A DNA stretch of 64,000 nt from a virus. The position numbers were made by a program, and so were the translations under genes. Of this stretch, positions 43,996-55,062 are shown piece after piece. Position 1 is the stretch's first letter, and each line of letters opens with the position of its first letter. The DNA is taken from the IMG/VR virus record IMGVR_UViG_3300030329_006380, positions 1-64,000 of that record; one strand, 5' to 3'. The notes under the pieces were generated by a model. It did no database searches. It was not told where the DNA came from and saw only the letters and a list, made by a program, of their open reading frames with translations.

Positions 43996-44499
43996 TTAGC
44001 CCAAAGAATACTTGGCATAATCATAACGAAGAGTAAGTGTAAGATCAACCATACCTTCGCCTTCATAATCCAACTCTCCCAATGCAGCCTTTTGAATCCA
44101 AGCATTGTAGATAGTGAATCGATTATTTGTTTGGCCTTCGGGTGTCAATTCATGGATCGTCATCTGTCCAAAGGAATTAACAGCTAGAGCTTTACTAATT
44201 GTACTTCGGACATTGGGGTTTTCCGGAAAGAAATACCCTGCTTGCTGTAATTTAAAATAGAGCTTAGCGGTGGAATCAGCGGCACCACCGGGATCAACAA
44301 TTGTAAGATCTATAGCATCCCAAGTCACTCGACCAGGATACCAAAAGCTGTGGTTTAAAAATTTATGCTCGGTCTCACCCACCGTAAAGGAAGGGCGGGT
44401 GACCTTTTTAGCGATCCAGTGATCAAAGTCTTCAACATAGACAACCCAACGATGTTGTCTTTTCGGTTCAATAGCAGGGTTCGCCCAGAAATTAGACAT
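43996..44499 (-). CDS. Tail tube protein (gp19-like)
   Basis: EPKRQHRW, KVTRPSF, YPGRVTWDAI, LTLRYDYA; directly after the sheath. Confidence 0.88.
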   Translation of the reverse strand: MSNFWANPAIEPKRQHRWVVYVEDFDHWIAKKVTRPSFTVGETEHKFLNHSFWYPGRVTWDAIDLTIVDPGGAADSTAKLYFKLQQAGYFFPENPNVRSTISKALAVNSFGQMTIHELTPEGQTNNRFTIYNAWIQKAALGELDYEGEGMVDLTLTLRYDYAKYSLG

Positions 44500-44547
44500 A
44501 TCTTTATCTCCTATAAGTGCCTCAAATTAATTAGTAGACACTTAACT

Positions 44548-47469
44548 TTATTCTAGAAAATCAGCGCCAGTGTTTGTAATCACAAAATCAAGCGCGATAA
44601 ATTCAATTGATCTAGCGGGTTTGAGGTATACCTTGGCATACATGATATTTCTATCAACCATATCCGCTGTTGTGGTTGTCTCATCCAAGACAACCAAGAA
44701 ATCAGACAAACCAAATCTAATCTTAACATTGGTCAAGAAGGGATTAACTCTGCCCAAAAATCTGTTCCATGTTGCTTGTACATTTTGATCAAAGAGAATG
44801 TCTTTCGCCATTCTGGAGATAATTCTCTTGACAAAGATCATCAAACGTCTAACATTAATTCTATCCAAGGCAGATGGTGTTACCTGTAGGGTCTTTTGTC
44901 CAAAGACCACAATGCCTTCTGCGGGGAAAGAAGCAATCGGGTTAATGTTTTTCTCATAAAGCCTGTCTCTTTCCTTAGAAGTCAATCTCTGACGAACACC
45001 AACAACATTCAAGCCGCCTGCACCCAAGCTAAGACCACCACGATTAAAACCAGCGGGGGCAAACCAAAGCTCAGAGCGTACTTCACTACTTCCCATTACA
45101 CCCAAAGCAATGACTGATGGCGGAATCCACACATTGTTACCAGAAATTGTATCTCTGATTTGTACCCATGGGTAATATGCGCATCCATATGAAGAATTAA
45201 TTGCTCGGGCATCTAAACTAGAAATCACTGAGTTTACGGATCCTATTCTATCTGCCTCCGCGCTAGTGCTCTCTGTAGAGGGGGTATAGTCATTCAAAAG
45301 GTCGATAATTGCCATAGAATCTGTTCTAGAGTCGCAAATATCAATCATTCTCTGTGTTAATGATTTCTGCCTAATTCCTGGAGCGACAAGCAGGTTCATT
45401 TCAACATCTTCCGGATCGGCAACAGTATCTAGTGCACGCTTGACAGTGTGATATGCATAGTTTGTTTTCTCAACGGCACTTTCAACCAACACGTGGTTAC
45501 CAAAAGGCTCTTGCTCAAGAATATCCAAACCATCAGCGCCGCCCAGAACCGGCAAAGTAAATCTATCAAACCCTGCATCGAGAGTTCCTGTGACACCAAA
45601 AACAGCGGTATAAGATGTGCCAGCGGCTCGGGATCCTTCATTGTAATCGCCATGTGTTGCGCTAGTTGATGTATTGTCGGCGCTTCCGGAAACATTATCC
45701 AAGGTGAAGTAAAAAGAATACTCTTGATATGTGGAGTCCGGATACGATTTATCGCCAGTAGTACCCTGTATTCCTTTTGGCGCCGGAGCAGTAATATCAC
45801 CATAGCTTTCATTAAACCTAGTTTCAGTCCCAGTAAGAATCGTCGTGATACCCCAGTAGGTATCCTCTGGTTTATTGACGGATACTCCCGTTTCTCGGGT
45901 ACCCATTCTCAAAGGAAGTGTGGGGAACTGAAATTTAGCTTTCCATGCAGTGGTATACTCGCTAAATTTAATATATACAAAGTCGCCAATTGGCTCATCA
46001 GTTGCCAATGTTGTAAATCCGGGAATAGATCCGGTGCCAACAACAAATTGACTTGCGCCTGCTGCTGCATAATCATGATATTTTTTCGGAGTTGAAGATC
46101 CGCTAACGACACCAAAGCCCAGCATCCTAGGTGGCCCATAGAATCCAAAGGGGATCAAGGCCTTATTGATGCCGCCGTTTCTGACTCTTTCGTCCACATC
46201 AACTCTAAAGTATTTGGAATAATTTCGATAATCACCAATCAGTCTATGGGTTCTCTCTGACTCAACCCATGTTAAATATTGATCGCCAATCTTTTTACAA
46301 ATATAGTTGTCAGAGTTTGGATTAAGATTACAGTTTGAATATCGCTCCACAACTTTTTGTGCAGTATCCAGATCATCAACTTTTCGTATTACAACCGAAA
46401 AAGTGCCATATGGATCATAAGGGCTCCTAGAAGCTCGAATATCCTGTATCGATACCTTAAGGTTTCTGGAGGGCCATGCGCCGCCATTTAACGACACCAA
46501 TCTAAACAATTTCTGTACATTAGTGAACGTTTCGCTAAAATCGGTTGCATCGCCAACATGCTGAGAGACGATCCATGGAGTGGCGGCATTATGCCTAGCG
46601 TATTGATGATTTGCTTGCTCAGCAACTGCCGAACCAGAAGTCTGGAGTCCCAAGATTATACCAATCTGAGTTGATCCCGTGCATCTGGTTTTAACATCAT
46701 TTTCGAACGTCTCACCCAACCAGTAATACTTTTTGTCTGACACAACATCGGCATTTGTCAAAGTTGGATTGGTGTTGAAAACCTTTCGAATAAACTTTTT
46801 ATCATTTGGGTCAAAGTTAAACTCAATATTCTCAGTAGCAGAACTGTGATATACTGACGCAACAAAAGTATTTGGCTTCCCAGAGACACTCAATATTGGA
46901 GTGGCAGTTGCCGTTTTATCTGTGTCTCGGTCTATTCTAGTGCCCTTAAGTGCTGTATATCCCTCGCCATGATAAAAAATAGCTGCCAAGGTGCCAGTAA
47001 TATATCCCTGATCTGTTATTGCCGCGGCAGAACCCGAGTCGACAATAAATAATCCATAGGCACCGCCGCCAGTAGTATCAAGAAGATTTGCGACACCAGA
47101 AGAATTGCGAGTTTGCCAGCCAGCCAGTCCATTTCCAGTGGCACCAGTGTCCTGTTCGCCCAAAAGACGAATCATCGTAACAGGGCCATTTGACCTCAAA
47201 TAAGCTTGTGCTGCATACGCTGCATAGGTTGGCCCAATTGAATTTCCATCGCGCCATTGATCACCCCCACCTGCACCGGCAATAGGCTCTCCAAAAGTTT
47301 CAACAAATTCTGAAAAGGAGTTAACCAAATGTGGAACCATTCCAGGACCCTTTTCGGTTCGGCCAATAATAACCGGTCCAGGAAAAGGTGAGGAAGCGGG
47401 TAACTGCGAGTTGTCGATTTCTTTTAAGAAAATCCCTGGGGATGAGAATTTAAACTGTCTTTCAGCCAT
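44548..47469 (-). CDS. Contractile tail sheath protein (gp18-like)
   Basis: SPGIFLKEID, WFAPAGFNRG, INPIASFP, VFGQKTLQ, DRINVRRL. Confidence 0.96.
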   Translation of the reverse strand: MAERQFKFSSPGIFLKEIDNSQLPASSPFPGPVIIGRTEKGPGMVPHLVNSFSEFVETFGEPIAGAGGGDQWRDGNSIGPTYAAYAAQAYLRSNGPVTMIRLLGEQDTGATGNGLAGWQTRNSSGVANLLDTTGGGAYGLFIVDSGSAAAITDQGYITGTLAAIFYHGEGYTALKGTRIDRDTDKTATATPILSVSGKPNTFVASVYHSSATENIEFNFDPNDKKFIRKVFNTNPTLTNADVVSDKKYYWLGETFENDVKTRCTGSTQIGIILGLQTSGSAVAEQANHQYARHNAATPWIVSQHVGDATDFSETFTNVQKLFRLVSLNGGAWPSRNLKVSIQDIRASRSPYDPYGTFSVVIRKVDDLDTAQKVVERYSNCNLNPNSDNYICKKIGDQYLTWVESERTHRLIGDYRNYSKYFRVDVDERVRNGGINKALIPFGFYGPPRMLGFGVVSGSSTPKKYHDYAAAGASQFVVGTGSIPGFTTLATDEPIGDFVYIKFSEYTTAWKAKFQFPTLPLRMGTRETGVSVNKPEDTYWGITTILTGTETRFNESYGDITAPAPKGIQGTTGDKSYPDSTYQEYSFYFTLDNVSGSADNTSTSATHGDYNEGSRAAGTSYTAVFGVTGTLDAGFDRFTLPVLGGADGLDILEQEPFGNHVLVESAVEKTNYAYHTVKRALDTVADPEDVEMNLLVAPGIRQKSLTQRMIDICDSRTDSMAIIDLLNDYTPSTESTSAEADRIGSVNSVISSLDARAINSSYGCAYYPWVQIRDTISGNNVWIPPSVIALGVMGSSEVRSELWFAPAGFNRGGLSLGAGGLNVVGVRQRLTSKERDRLYEKNINPIASFPAEGIVVFGQKTLQVTPSALDRINVRRLMIFVKRIISRMAKDILFDQNVQATWNRFLGRVNPFLTNVKIRFGLSDFLVVLDETTTTADMVDRNIMYAKVYLKPARSIEFIALDFVITNTGADFLE

Positions 47470-47562
47470 TTGAATTTATCTCCTTAATTTTAAACGTATA
47501 ACACGATAAAAACTATATATTTTCTAGAGTAAATAGTTTATCATAAGAGCAAACACCATTTA

Positions 47563-48420
47563 TTACTCTCTATAAAACCCTTTTTTCCCAATATGGTCCT
47601 GTATATCGCCTAATATTACGCGCTCGCGAGGTATTTTGACCTCTACGGCATTTTCCCTAATTACCATCTTGGGCGCCTTTTGGTTCTTGTCACTACCAAT
47701 TAAATACGCCAGAACTTTAAATGATATAGTTGTTTTATATTGCCTTTCTGCTACTTCTAGTGTCGCAATATTATTGTCTTGCTTATAATCCCCGTCAACA
47801 AAAACTTCGTAGGAATGGCCATTTTTTCTTACTACCTCCTGAGAGGCTCGGCCGGGGATTGCTATGAATGGAATTACTATTTCATTAATTTGTTGTTGAT
47901 ATTCCGCTATTACAGATAAACTATAATTAACCTCAACGAAGACCGGGTTGGGTATTGTTATTGTTTCATAAACAACCTTTTCATTCGGCCTATTTCTGTT
48001 TCTAAAGTTTCTTTGATTATACAATCTCTTGGAATCGGCATTAGCAAAATTTGAAGTCTTTTTTTGATTTATTCTTCGAGCAATCGTTATTGAACCTTGT
48101 TTTTCGTCTTTCACTCCGGGAATATTCGAATACATCATATTGCCTGCACTTTTATCTCTTGTCAGCGACACTCGCTCAAGGGTCATAATAGGTAAATTTA
48201 TCGATCCAGAGGGAGTCATCAACTCTTTATTATGCTTTCTCTGATATGCTCTCTCAGATGAGATCCATACAACCGGCACCTTTTTGAATCCATCTCGGGT
48301 GGTACAATGTATATCAAACCTCTGATCAATATGTTCAAACATTGCTGTATCGATACCTTCAATTGTCGAAGGTTGAAATGGTATTTCTCTTAATTTAAGT
48401 TTTTTATTATTAGCTTGCAT
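47563..48420 (-). CDS. Tail completion / sheath terminator (gp15-like)
   Basis: VPVVWISSERA, LPIMTLER; position after the neck genes; start 48420 preferred. Confidence 0.65.
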   Translation of the reverse strand: MQANNKKLKLREIPFQPSTIEGIDTAMFEHIDQRFDIHCTTRDGFKKVPVVWISSERAYQRKHNKELMTPSGSINLPIMTLERVSLTRDKSAGNMMYSNIPGVKDEKQGSITIARRINQKKTSNFANADSKRLYNQRNFRNRNRPNEKVVYETITIPNPVFVEVNYSLSVIAEYQQQINEIVIPFIAIPGRASQEVVRKNGHSYEVFVDGDYKQDNNIATLEVAERQYKTTISFKVLAYLIGSDKNQKAPKMVIRENAVEVKIPRERVILGDIQDHIGKKGFYRE

Positions 48421-48895
48421 CAAATAATCCTTTTCTCGAAAGAATACATTTTGCAGAAATTTCAAAACGATGTTCAATTTGTCCAAATAATTGTTTAGGT
48501 TCTGAAAGAGAAACGATTTCAAAATACAAATCACCATACAACACAAAATCACCTTCTCTTACGAATAAATCCTGATCTTCTGTCAATCTTCTTTTATGGA
48601 AGTTAACTGTTATTTCGGATTTCCTATCCAAGGCACCATTGGACATCCATGAGGTTTCAAAGTTATCCCATGCAATCAATGCATATACGCGCACCGGTGG
48701 CAAAAATGTTTTTTTCATTGCTTCACCATAAATTGGGTGAAAATTCGTATGTTCTAGATCAATCGAATAATAAAGAATTTGCTGGCCAATGACTCTCTCA
48801 ATTAACTCATCATTAACTTGCTTAACGAGATTCCTCTCTTTCTCTCCTAAGAATAAAGGAGGTGGTGGCTGATCTGGCTGTTCCCACTCGGACAT
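48410..48895 (-). CDS. Neck / head-closure protein (gp14-like)
   Basis: QQILYY...HPIYGEA...VREGDFV...FEI. Confidence 0.7.
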   Translation of the reverse strand: MSEWEQPDQPPPPLFLGEKERNLVKQVNDELIERVIGQQILYYSIDLEHTNFHPIYGEAMKKTFLPPVRVYALIAWDNFETSWMSNGALDRKSEITVNFHKRRLTEDQDLFVREGDFVLYGDLYFEIVSLSEPKQLFGQIEHRFEISAKCILSRKGLFDAS

Positions 48896-48908
48896 TCATT
48901 TTTCTCCT

Positions 48909-50183
48909 TTATCCAACAAATACCGAAACCGGTACCTGCTGTATAACTTTATTAACAGAATCTGCCATAGCGGCTTCGCTCTCAGAAAGTTTTTGGTATG
49001 TCATTTCATCTAGCATTGTCTTAAGTTCTTCGCGCAACTTTTCTTGCTCTTCTTTTGCTTGCGAAAATAAATCCGAGGCATTCAAAGTAACTGATTCTCC
49101 GGGTATCGGGACAGTTTGAAATTTCCCCCTAATTTGCCCCAGCGTTTCTTTACTTAAGGCCAAAGCAAACCTCCGAATCCATTGCTTTCCTATACTATTA
49201 ATATTAGCATATGGGATATTTGCAAATGGTATCGTATTCATGTTATTGATGCCATCAACGCCAGTTGTTCTATCTGAGTCATCATCCCATGCGTCTGTTT
49301 GGACTGAAAACTCCACCCACATTTTAGTTGGTTGTACTCGATTTGTCGAGGGGAATATCCTTAATTTATTATTTTTTATCTCATATGAATAATGCGAAAT
49401 TCTTGTATATAATGAATCCTCGAATGCCATGGCTTGCAATTTATTCTGCCATGCTGGGATTACTTCAAAGCTTGAATCGTCTGTATACTGTCCATAGCTG
49501 AACATATTGCCGATAACATTTAACCCGCCATAATACCCAAAAAACCGCCACATTGCTTGCGGAGTTTTATAATACACTTTTTTAATAAATATTTTTTTAT
49601 TGCCAATTTTATTATCGCCCAAATTTGAATCAGAATACGGTAGCGATGATGTGGCAAACGCAGAGGAAGATATAATTGTCTGCAAGTCATAATCCTGCTG
49701 ATTAACAACCGTGTTGAAAGAAGCAGAGTATATAGTTTCGTTGCCACCTAAACCAATTTCCGCTTCAACACCCTCAGAAAAGCGGCGCGCATATTCAAAT
49801 CTCACTTTTGGGAACTTCAAAGCAACGCCAGTTGGGCCCGAACTTATCTCACCCTTATGGTCAAAGGTCCCAGTTGTGTTTCCTAGAACGTTCGATAAAA
49901 CATTTTTTGATTGATGTAGATTAACAATGTAAGAGTATTCCAAGCACGACTCTTCATATGCTGAATATATGTTCCCCTTCGTTAGCTCAATGTCCAGTAC
50001 ATCTCCACCTAATTTTTTATAAGTATAGGCGACTTGTTTGAGTGCGCCAGTGAAAAACTCCGTACTCGATGTGTAGACCCCAAATGGCAAACTGGCTTCT
50101 ATAGTAGCTTGTGCATCAGAGCTAGTCACCGGTAAAGTAATCGCGCTAGTGGTGCTTGCTGGCGTAAGTGTTGGATGGGACAT
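48909..50183 (-). CDS. Neck / head-tail adaptor protein (gp13-like)
   Basis: YKKLGGDVLDIEL, WIRRFALALSKETLGQIRGKF. Confidence 0.75.
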   Translation of the reverse strand: MSHPTLTPASTTSAITLPVTSSDAQATIEASLPFGVYTSSTEFFTGALKQVAYTYKKLGGDVLDIELTKGNIYSAYEESCLEYSYIVNLHQSKNVLSNVLGNTTGTFDHKGEISSGPTGVALKFPKVRFEYARRFSEGVEAEIGLGGNETIYSASFNTVVNQQDYDLQTIISSSAFATSSLPYSDSNLGDNKIGNKKIFIKKVYYKTPQAMWRFFGYYGGLNVIGNMFSYGQYTDDSSFEVIPAWQNKLQAMAFEDSLYTRISHYSYEIKNNKLRIFPSTNRVQPTKMWVEFSVQTDAWDDDSDRTTGVDGINNMNTIPFANIPYANINSIGKQWIRRFALALSKETLGQIRGKFQTVPIPGESVTLNASDLFSQAKEEQEKLREELKTMLDEMTYQKLSESEAAMADSVNKVIQQVPVSVFVG

Positions 50184-50211
50184 AATATTCTCTCCTCACA
50201 GTAAGTAGTTT

Positions 50212-50260
50212 AAAAAATACAAAACCCCACCTCAAACTGGTCAAGGCGGGGTTTTTGTAT
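50212..50260 (-). terminator. Intrinsic terminator after the major capsid gene
   Basis: ATACAAAAACCCCGCCT...AGGTGGGGTTTTGTAT stem then T-run. Confidence 0.75.
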
Positions 50261-50279
50261 GATCAAAGATCAATCAGGA

Positions 50280-52016
50280 TTAGCCAAGGAAGTCCTTGAT
50301 GACGACCAAACCGTACATGTCAGGACGAACCATCTTCTTAGCATACCGAGTCATGACTCCCTTACGGGGCACGAAGTCCTCGGTACCGAAGATCGTAGGA
50401 GTGACTTGCAGGGGGACGTAAGGAGCGTATACGTAGCCGCTTTCTAAGAAGCTTCCACCATTACGTCCAACAAGAACCACATTTCGTGGGAAATAGGGAT
50501 CAACATAGACATCCCACTTCTTACTGAGTGTACCTGCTTTCACGGCACCAGCAGTGCCGGCAGCATCGTCATGGGTCACACTGGCGCGGAAACCAGAAGT
50601 AAACTCAAGAAGGTTAGCTGTCTCGGGGCCAACAACAATAAAGTTTGCTCCACCCCTCAGCACCTTGCGGTGAATCTGAGCCGAAATATCATTGATAGTT
50701 TCGAGAAGAGTCTCGTACCATTCGCTAACAGTACCAGTGAAGTCTGCTCCGAGAAGCGATTCATTGGAAAAAGTACTGATGTCGGTACCAGTTCCACGAT
50801 CCACAAAACGACCTGGGCGACGTGACCAGTAATATGTTCCGGCGGTCGCGCCTTGGACGAGATCATTCAAGATTTCTCGATCAATTTCGAGCGCAATTTG
50901 CTCAGACAAAATACCAGTCAGTTCAACTTCGGCATCAAGGTTATGATAAGCGTTCAAGTCCTGACCAAGTTCCGGCGACCATTTAGCTTTGAGCTTCTTG
51001 GTAATCGCCGTGACTGCTACGCTGTCGACCTTAATGTCGATCTCGGGAATCTGATTTTTCCCATCGGTGACTGAGGCTCCAGTCTGTCCGCCTGCTGATA
51101 CGCCAGCTTCTTCAAGACCCCAATCAGATGCACCAACAACAGCACCAAGAGCATTGGCGGGGTTGAAGTTATCAACGATCGGATATGAAATAATATGTTC
51201 GTCCTGTGAGGTGGTCACCGCTGCGGCGGCGCCGTCGACGATGGTAAAGGTAACGGTTTTATCTGCACCGGTACCAGAAATCGATGTCAGACGCCTGACG
51301 AGCACGTCATCACCATCCAAATCTGTGATCTCAATAGCACCAAGCATATCTTCGTTGAAATTATACGTACCGGACATTATGCATGTAAGCTGTATAATTC
51401 CCTTGTCAGAATCAGCAGCTAAAAGATCCGGATCGTAACGAATAAGTTTTTTCTGTGCATCGGTCAAGGCACCAATCGTAGTAGCAGCAAAACCAGAGAC
51501 TGCGTTGAGTGTACAGGCAGCGGTAGAACCAGTAGGTGAAGAGTAAGCGTTGGCCATATTATAAAAGCCGCCACCCTCTTCAGTGACATCAGTGACACCG
51601 CCGGTCAAAGCACTAGCTACGACACCACCACCATAAAGGGAGTCGCCGGCATCAACGCCATGGCGACCAGTGGTTTGAGAACTGTAAGTAAAGTCCAGGA
51701 AGAAAATGAGGCCCGAGGGCAAGCTCATCGGCTGGACGGAAACGAGATCATTGGCAATCAATCCACCAAAGACCCTTCGAACGATTGGGAATGCAACGGC
51801 CGCAAAGCCTTCGACATCGCCAGCAGCCATGGAAGAAGCTTCACGAAGAAGCTCTTTGGCTTGATTTTCTAAAAGCAAAGACATACTCTGCTTGGTTCTT
51901 TCATCACCCAGACCTTCAAGAAGTCCGGTTTTTTCCCACTTATTAAGGATGGCTTCGCCTTCCTTTTGGACATTGCGATTAACAATACCCTCTGTCAATT
52001 TTTGTAAAATAGACAT
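50280..52016 (-). CDS. Major capsid protein (T4 gp23-like)
   Basis: KWEKTGLLEGL, VSVQPMSLPSG, LKAKWSPELGQDL, YAPYVPL, GVMTRYA. Confidence 0.96.
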   Translation of the reverse strand: MSILQKLTEGIVNRNVQKEGEAILNKWEKTGLLEGLGDERTKQSMSLLLENQAKELLREASSMAAGDVEGFAAVAFPIVRRVFGGLIANDLVSVQPMSLPSGLIFFLDFTYSSQTTGRHGVDAGDSLYGGGVVASALTGGVTDVTEEGGGFYNMANAYSSPTGSTAACTLNAVSGFAATTIGALTDAQKKLIRYDPDLLAADSDKGIIQLTCIMSGTYNFNEDMLGAIEITDLDGDDVLVRRLTSISGTGADKTVTFTIVDGAAAAVTTSQDEHIISYPIVDNFNPANALGAVVGASDWGLEEAGVSAGGQTGASVTDGKNQIPEIDIKVDSVAVTAITKKLKAKWSPELGQDLNAYHNLDAEVELTGILSEQIALEIDREILNDLVQGATAGTYYWSRRPGRFVDRGTGTDISTFSNESLLGADFTGTVSEWYETLLETINDISAQIHRKVLRGGANFIVVGPETANLLEFTSGFRASVTHDDAAGTAGAVKAGTLSKKWDVYVDPYFPRNVVLVGRNGGSFLESGYVYAPYVPLQVTPTIFGTEDFVPRKGVMTRYAKKMVRPDMYGLVVIKDFLG

Positions 52017-52031
52017 TTAGTTTCCTCCTTT

Positions 52032-53132
52032 TTATTTTTTTATTCCAGCTAAAAGTTTCATTCTATCAGCAAAAGAAGCTTCGCGATCATTGCGTTTTTC
52101 TCTACGCGGAAAGAATGGTGAAGAGTTCTTATTTACAGCCTCGCTCAATGATTTTGGACCTCTCCTCTTCTTGATGGAAAGATCACTCACTGCGCTCTCA
52201 AGAGTCTCGTAAATTACTTTTGCCTCTTCAATGGTTTGTGCTTTAGAAATAGATTCGACAATTCTTTTCTTTTGTCGCTCATTCAAAGAGGAACTATTCA
52301 AGGCACGATTAATGTAGAGCAACCTAGCATTGGAGAGATTGACCTCATTAAGTTTGGTTTCAAATTTTTTGAAAACCTTTAAGTATTTTTCATTCTTTGT
52401 TTTATAGTCATCGAGTACACTCTCGGTAACCTTAAGTGTCTCTTCTAAGTTTTTATTTTTTTCTTCCAGATCTTCTTTCTCGGCTTTAAGTTCACCAATT
52501 GAAGCCAATAAAGCATAATTTTCTTCCATCTCTGCCGTGGGTTTATCGGCGCCGACCGCCCAGCCTGAGGGCTTAGGATCATAATCAAATTCAAGCTCTT
52601 CTAGAATTCCTTCTAAATCAATGTCTTCCAGATCAATGTCTTCATTTTCATGCAACGCGACTGCGGGTTGCTCAGCCGGCACCTCGGGCGCAAATTCTAC
52701 AGCATCTGACACTTCAATGTCTGATAAAATATTACCGCGGTCGGTCATATCCTCTGGGTCGACATTGTCCTGTTTTTGATCATAATCTAATTGTGCTGCC
52801 AGATCCTGCAAATCGATTGTTAATTCAATTTGGTCATCGTGCTCTGGTGCATGCGGAACTGTATCTAGCATTTCTGTGCCAGTAAAAGGAATCTGCGATA
52901 GGGTTACTTCTTCCTCTGGAGATAATTCCACTGTCATACCTGTCGGCGACGAAGCTTCCTCTTGATCGGTGGTATCATCAAAAAACCTCTCTAAATCTTG
53001 TTCCAATAGAGAGTTGACGGCTTCTTTAATTTCAGTTGAATATTTCTCAATAACAGCAGCTTCTGCGTTTTTGATTGCAGCCTCTTTTAAAGCGGTTGCA
53101 TCTACGATAGCTTGATCAAGCAGACTGGACAT
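52032..53132 (-). CDS. Prohead scaffold protein (gp22-like)
   Basis: Acidic coiled coil immediately upstream of the MCP; LNEVNLSNARLLY, C-terminal RMKLLAGI. Confidence 0.75.
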   Translation of the reverse strand: MSSLLDQAIVDATALKEAAIKNAEAAVIEKYSTEIKEAVNSLLEQDLERFFDDTTDQEEASSPTGMTVELSPEEEVTLSQIPFTGTEMLDTVPHAPEHDDQIELTIDLQDLAAQLDYDQKQDNVDPEDMTDRGNILSDIEVSDAVEFAPEVPAEQPAVALHENEDIDLEDIDLEGILEELEFDYDPKPSGWAVGADKPTAEMEENYALLASIGELKAEKEDLEEKNKNLEETLKVTESVLDDYKTKNEKYLKVFKKFETKLNEVNLSNARLLYINRALNSSSLNERQKKRIVESISKAQTIEEAKVIYETLESAVSDLSIKKRRGPKSLSEAVNKNSSPFFPRREKRNDREASFADRMKLLAGIKK

Positions 53133-53211
53133 AGTGAATCTCCTAGAAAAAATAGTATTCAGTGTAATAAATAGTAATCAGGTCTTTTAAAGGAAGTTTT
53201 TTTGTCGGAGG

Positions 53212-53604
53212 CTAAGAGTTGTCAGTTAACTGAGCTTCGAGTTCTTTAATTTTTTGTTCCAATGTTTCCGTATACGTAAGGGCACGAACCGATTTGACTA
53301 CCCAAAAAGGCTCTCTATATACTAATGGATACTTAATCAATATCCATAGATCATTATTGGCTTTGTGCGGAACCCAATACCACTCATCGGGTGCACCAAG
53401 CCGAGCGTGCGCTTCATCATAATCAAAAGGAATTGGCACATAATCTTTGTCTTCTCGATTCCACAATTCTTTGACTGCCGCTGTAGTCGGCACTATACTT
53501 AAATCAAAGATTTTCTTGAAACCAAACAATGGTTGGTTAGGTTGAAAAAAGACATCAAACATCCTCTCTGTCGTAACTTTATATCTTCGAGTACTTACTT
53601 TCAT
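53212..53604 (-). CDS. Hypothetical protein
   Basis: 130-aa ORF, GAGGAG SD. Confidence 0.7.
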   Translation of the reverse strand: MKVSTRRYKVTTERMFDVFFQPNQPLFGFKKIFDLSIVPTTAAVKELWNREDKDYVPIPFDYDEAHARLGAPDEWYWVPHKANNDLWILIKYPLVYREPFWVVKSVRALTYTETLEQKIKELEAQLTDNS

Positions 53605-53624
53605 CTCTTCTCCTCAATAACCAT

Positions 53625-54770
53625 TTAAGATTCGTTGACAAATAATAGTCCTTCAGTCTGTGCATCGGTGTCTCGGGCAACACCGTAAGCCAATATACCT
53701 CCCGAAGCATCCAATATCTTTGTTCTGTTATATATTTTTCCGGGGGAAAGTGTTATCTGCCTAGCATATCCCACTGACCATAGGGGGTCCACAGCATATT
53801 GAAATATCATAGGTTCATAAATAAACCTTACTTCTGTACCGTCTTGAACTAGCCCAGAATTTGCCTCGTCTATGGTGTTACCGCCGCGGCGCAGGTCATA
53901 CTGGCAACCTCGTATGTATTTCCAACCGGCATCGGGCTTAGCACCATCGGCACTTCCACTGTCCCAGACTTTTATCGTGACGCCAAAGCCTCCGCCATCG
54001 GAACCCCCGAATGCGCTATACTCGCTGCCAAGAGCATGGTGCGTGGTTTTGAAAACATCGGTATAAGAGCCTCCATAGAGGCCGCCATGCATTGCATAAA
54101 GTCTCCAAGGCTCCGAAGCAGAACTTCGATGGGCGGCGCCGGTGACATAAGGAACGAGCCAGCAACCAGCGCCAAAAAAAGTAGCAACACTTGCATTCTC
54201 ATGATCACGCATAAAGTGGAAAAAGATACACTCAGCGGTTTCTAAAATATATGAATACCGAAGAGATCTTGAAGTAATATCTGTAAGGGCGGCCTTAGAC
54301 CAGCCTGACCAACGCGCTGATCCGCTAGAAAAAACATTTATTGCGCCGGCGCTGGCATTGTCTTCGGTCCATCCACCCGCAACCCCATAGGCGCCGGTGC
54401 AAATGGTGTCTTCTCCGGCAAATGGGGCGTATCCCATATATAAATAAGTATCGCTGCTGTTATCTGACTCGCCGGCACATACCTGTGCTGCGGGTGGGCC
54501 CATGACCGCGCCTCCATCGTCCTCCCCCTGAACAAAAACAATTCTTTGATCGCTATAATCCTCGCCTGTTGTTTTTGGCGCAATAACAATAGCATTTGTG
54601 CCTGATGCATGTGTTGCAGATCCAGAAACCACCTTCCAATAGTTACTAGCTTCCACGGCTGCGGATATATGGTGTAAGCACCCAGTTAAATGGCCGGTTG
54701 TGGCAAAATCTGTGGGACCCAAGTCCCTGACCGCGCTCATTTTCCAAGTTAATGTAGGTAAATCTGCCAT
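53625..54770 (-). CDS. Hypothetical Gly/Ser/Ala-rich protein, probable virion component
   Basis: 381 aa, beta-rich composition, in the head module. Confidence 0.65.
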   Translation of the reverse strand: MADLPTLTWKMSAVRDLGPTDFATTGHLTGCLHHISAAVEASNYWKVVSGSATHASGTNAIVIAPKTTGEDYSDQRIVFVQGEDDGGAVMGPPAAQVCAGESDNSSDTYLYMGYAPFAGEDTICTGAYGVAGGWTEDNASAGAINVFSSGSARWSGWSKAALTDITSRSLRYSYILETAECIFFHFMRDHENASVATFFGAGCWLVPYVTGAAHRSSASEPWRLYAMHGGLYGGSYTDVFKTTHHALGSEYSAFGGSDGGGFGVTIKVWDSGSADGAKPDAGWKYIRGCQYDLRRGGNTIDEANSGLVQDGTEVRFIYEPMIFQYAVDPLWSVGYARQITLSPGKIYNRTKILDASGGILAYGVARDTDAQTEGLLFVNES

Positions 54771-54790
54771 TTCTTAAATACTCCAAAAAA

Positions 54791-55060
54791 TCAAGGGGAT
54801 GCGGATCCAACAGCAACAGTGCCATGGCTACCAGTTATAGTACTAAGTGATTTACCGCCACCGAATATTCCACTGCCAGTAAGATGCGGCAGAATAGTGG
54901 CACTACCAGTTGGGCCAATTGCGTATCGCATGCCTCCTGCGACAACGACGATTTCAGATTGCCAGCGGCGTGATCCGACTGGGTACTTCTCTATTAGGGA
55001 AGTCAATTCAAGATCATCTACAACCTTCCACACTCCATCTTCTAATATTAATCTAGCCAT
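54791..55060 (-). CDS. Small hypothetical protein
   Basis: 89-aa ORF in the head module. Confidence 0.6.
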   Translation of the reverse strand: MARLILEDGVWKVVDDLELTSLIEKYPVGSRRWQSEIVVVAGGMRYAIGPTGSATILPHLTGSGIFGGGKSLSTITGSHGTVAVGSASP

Positions 55061-55062
55061 AA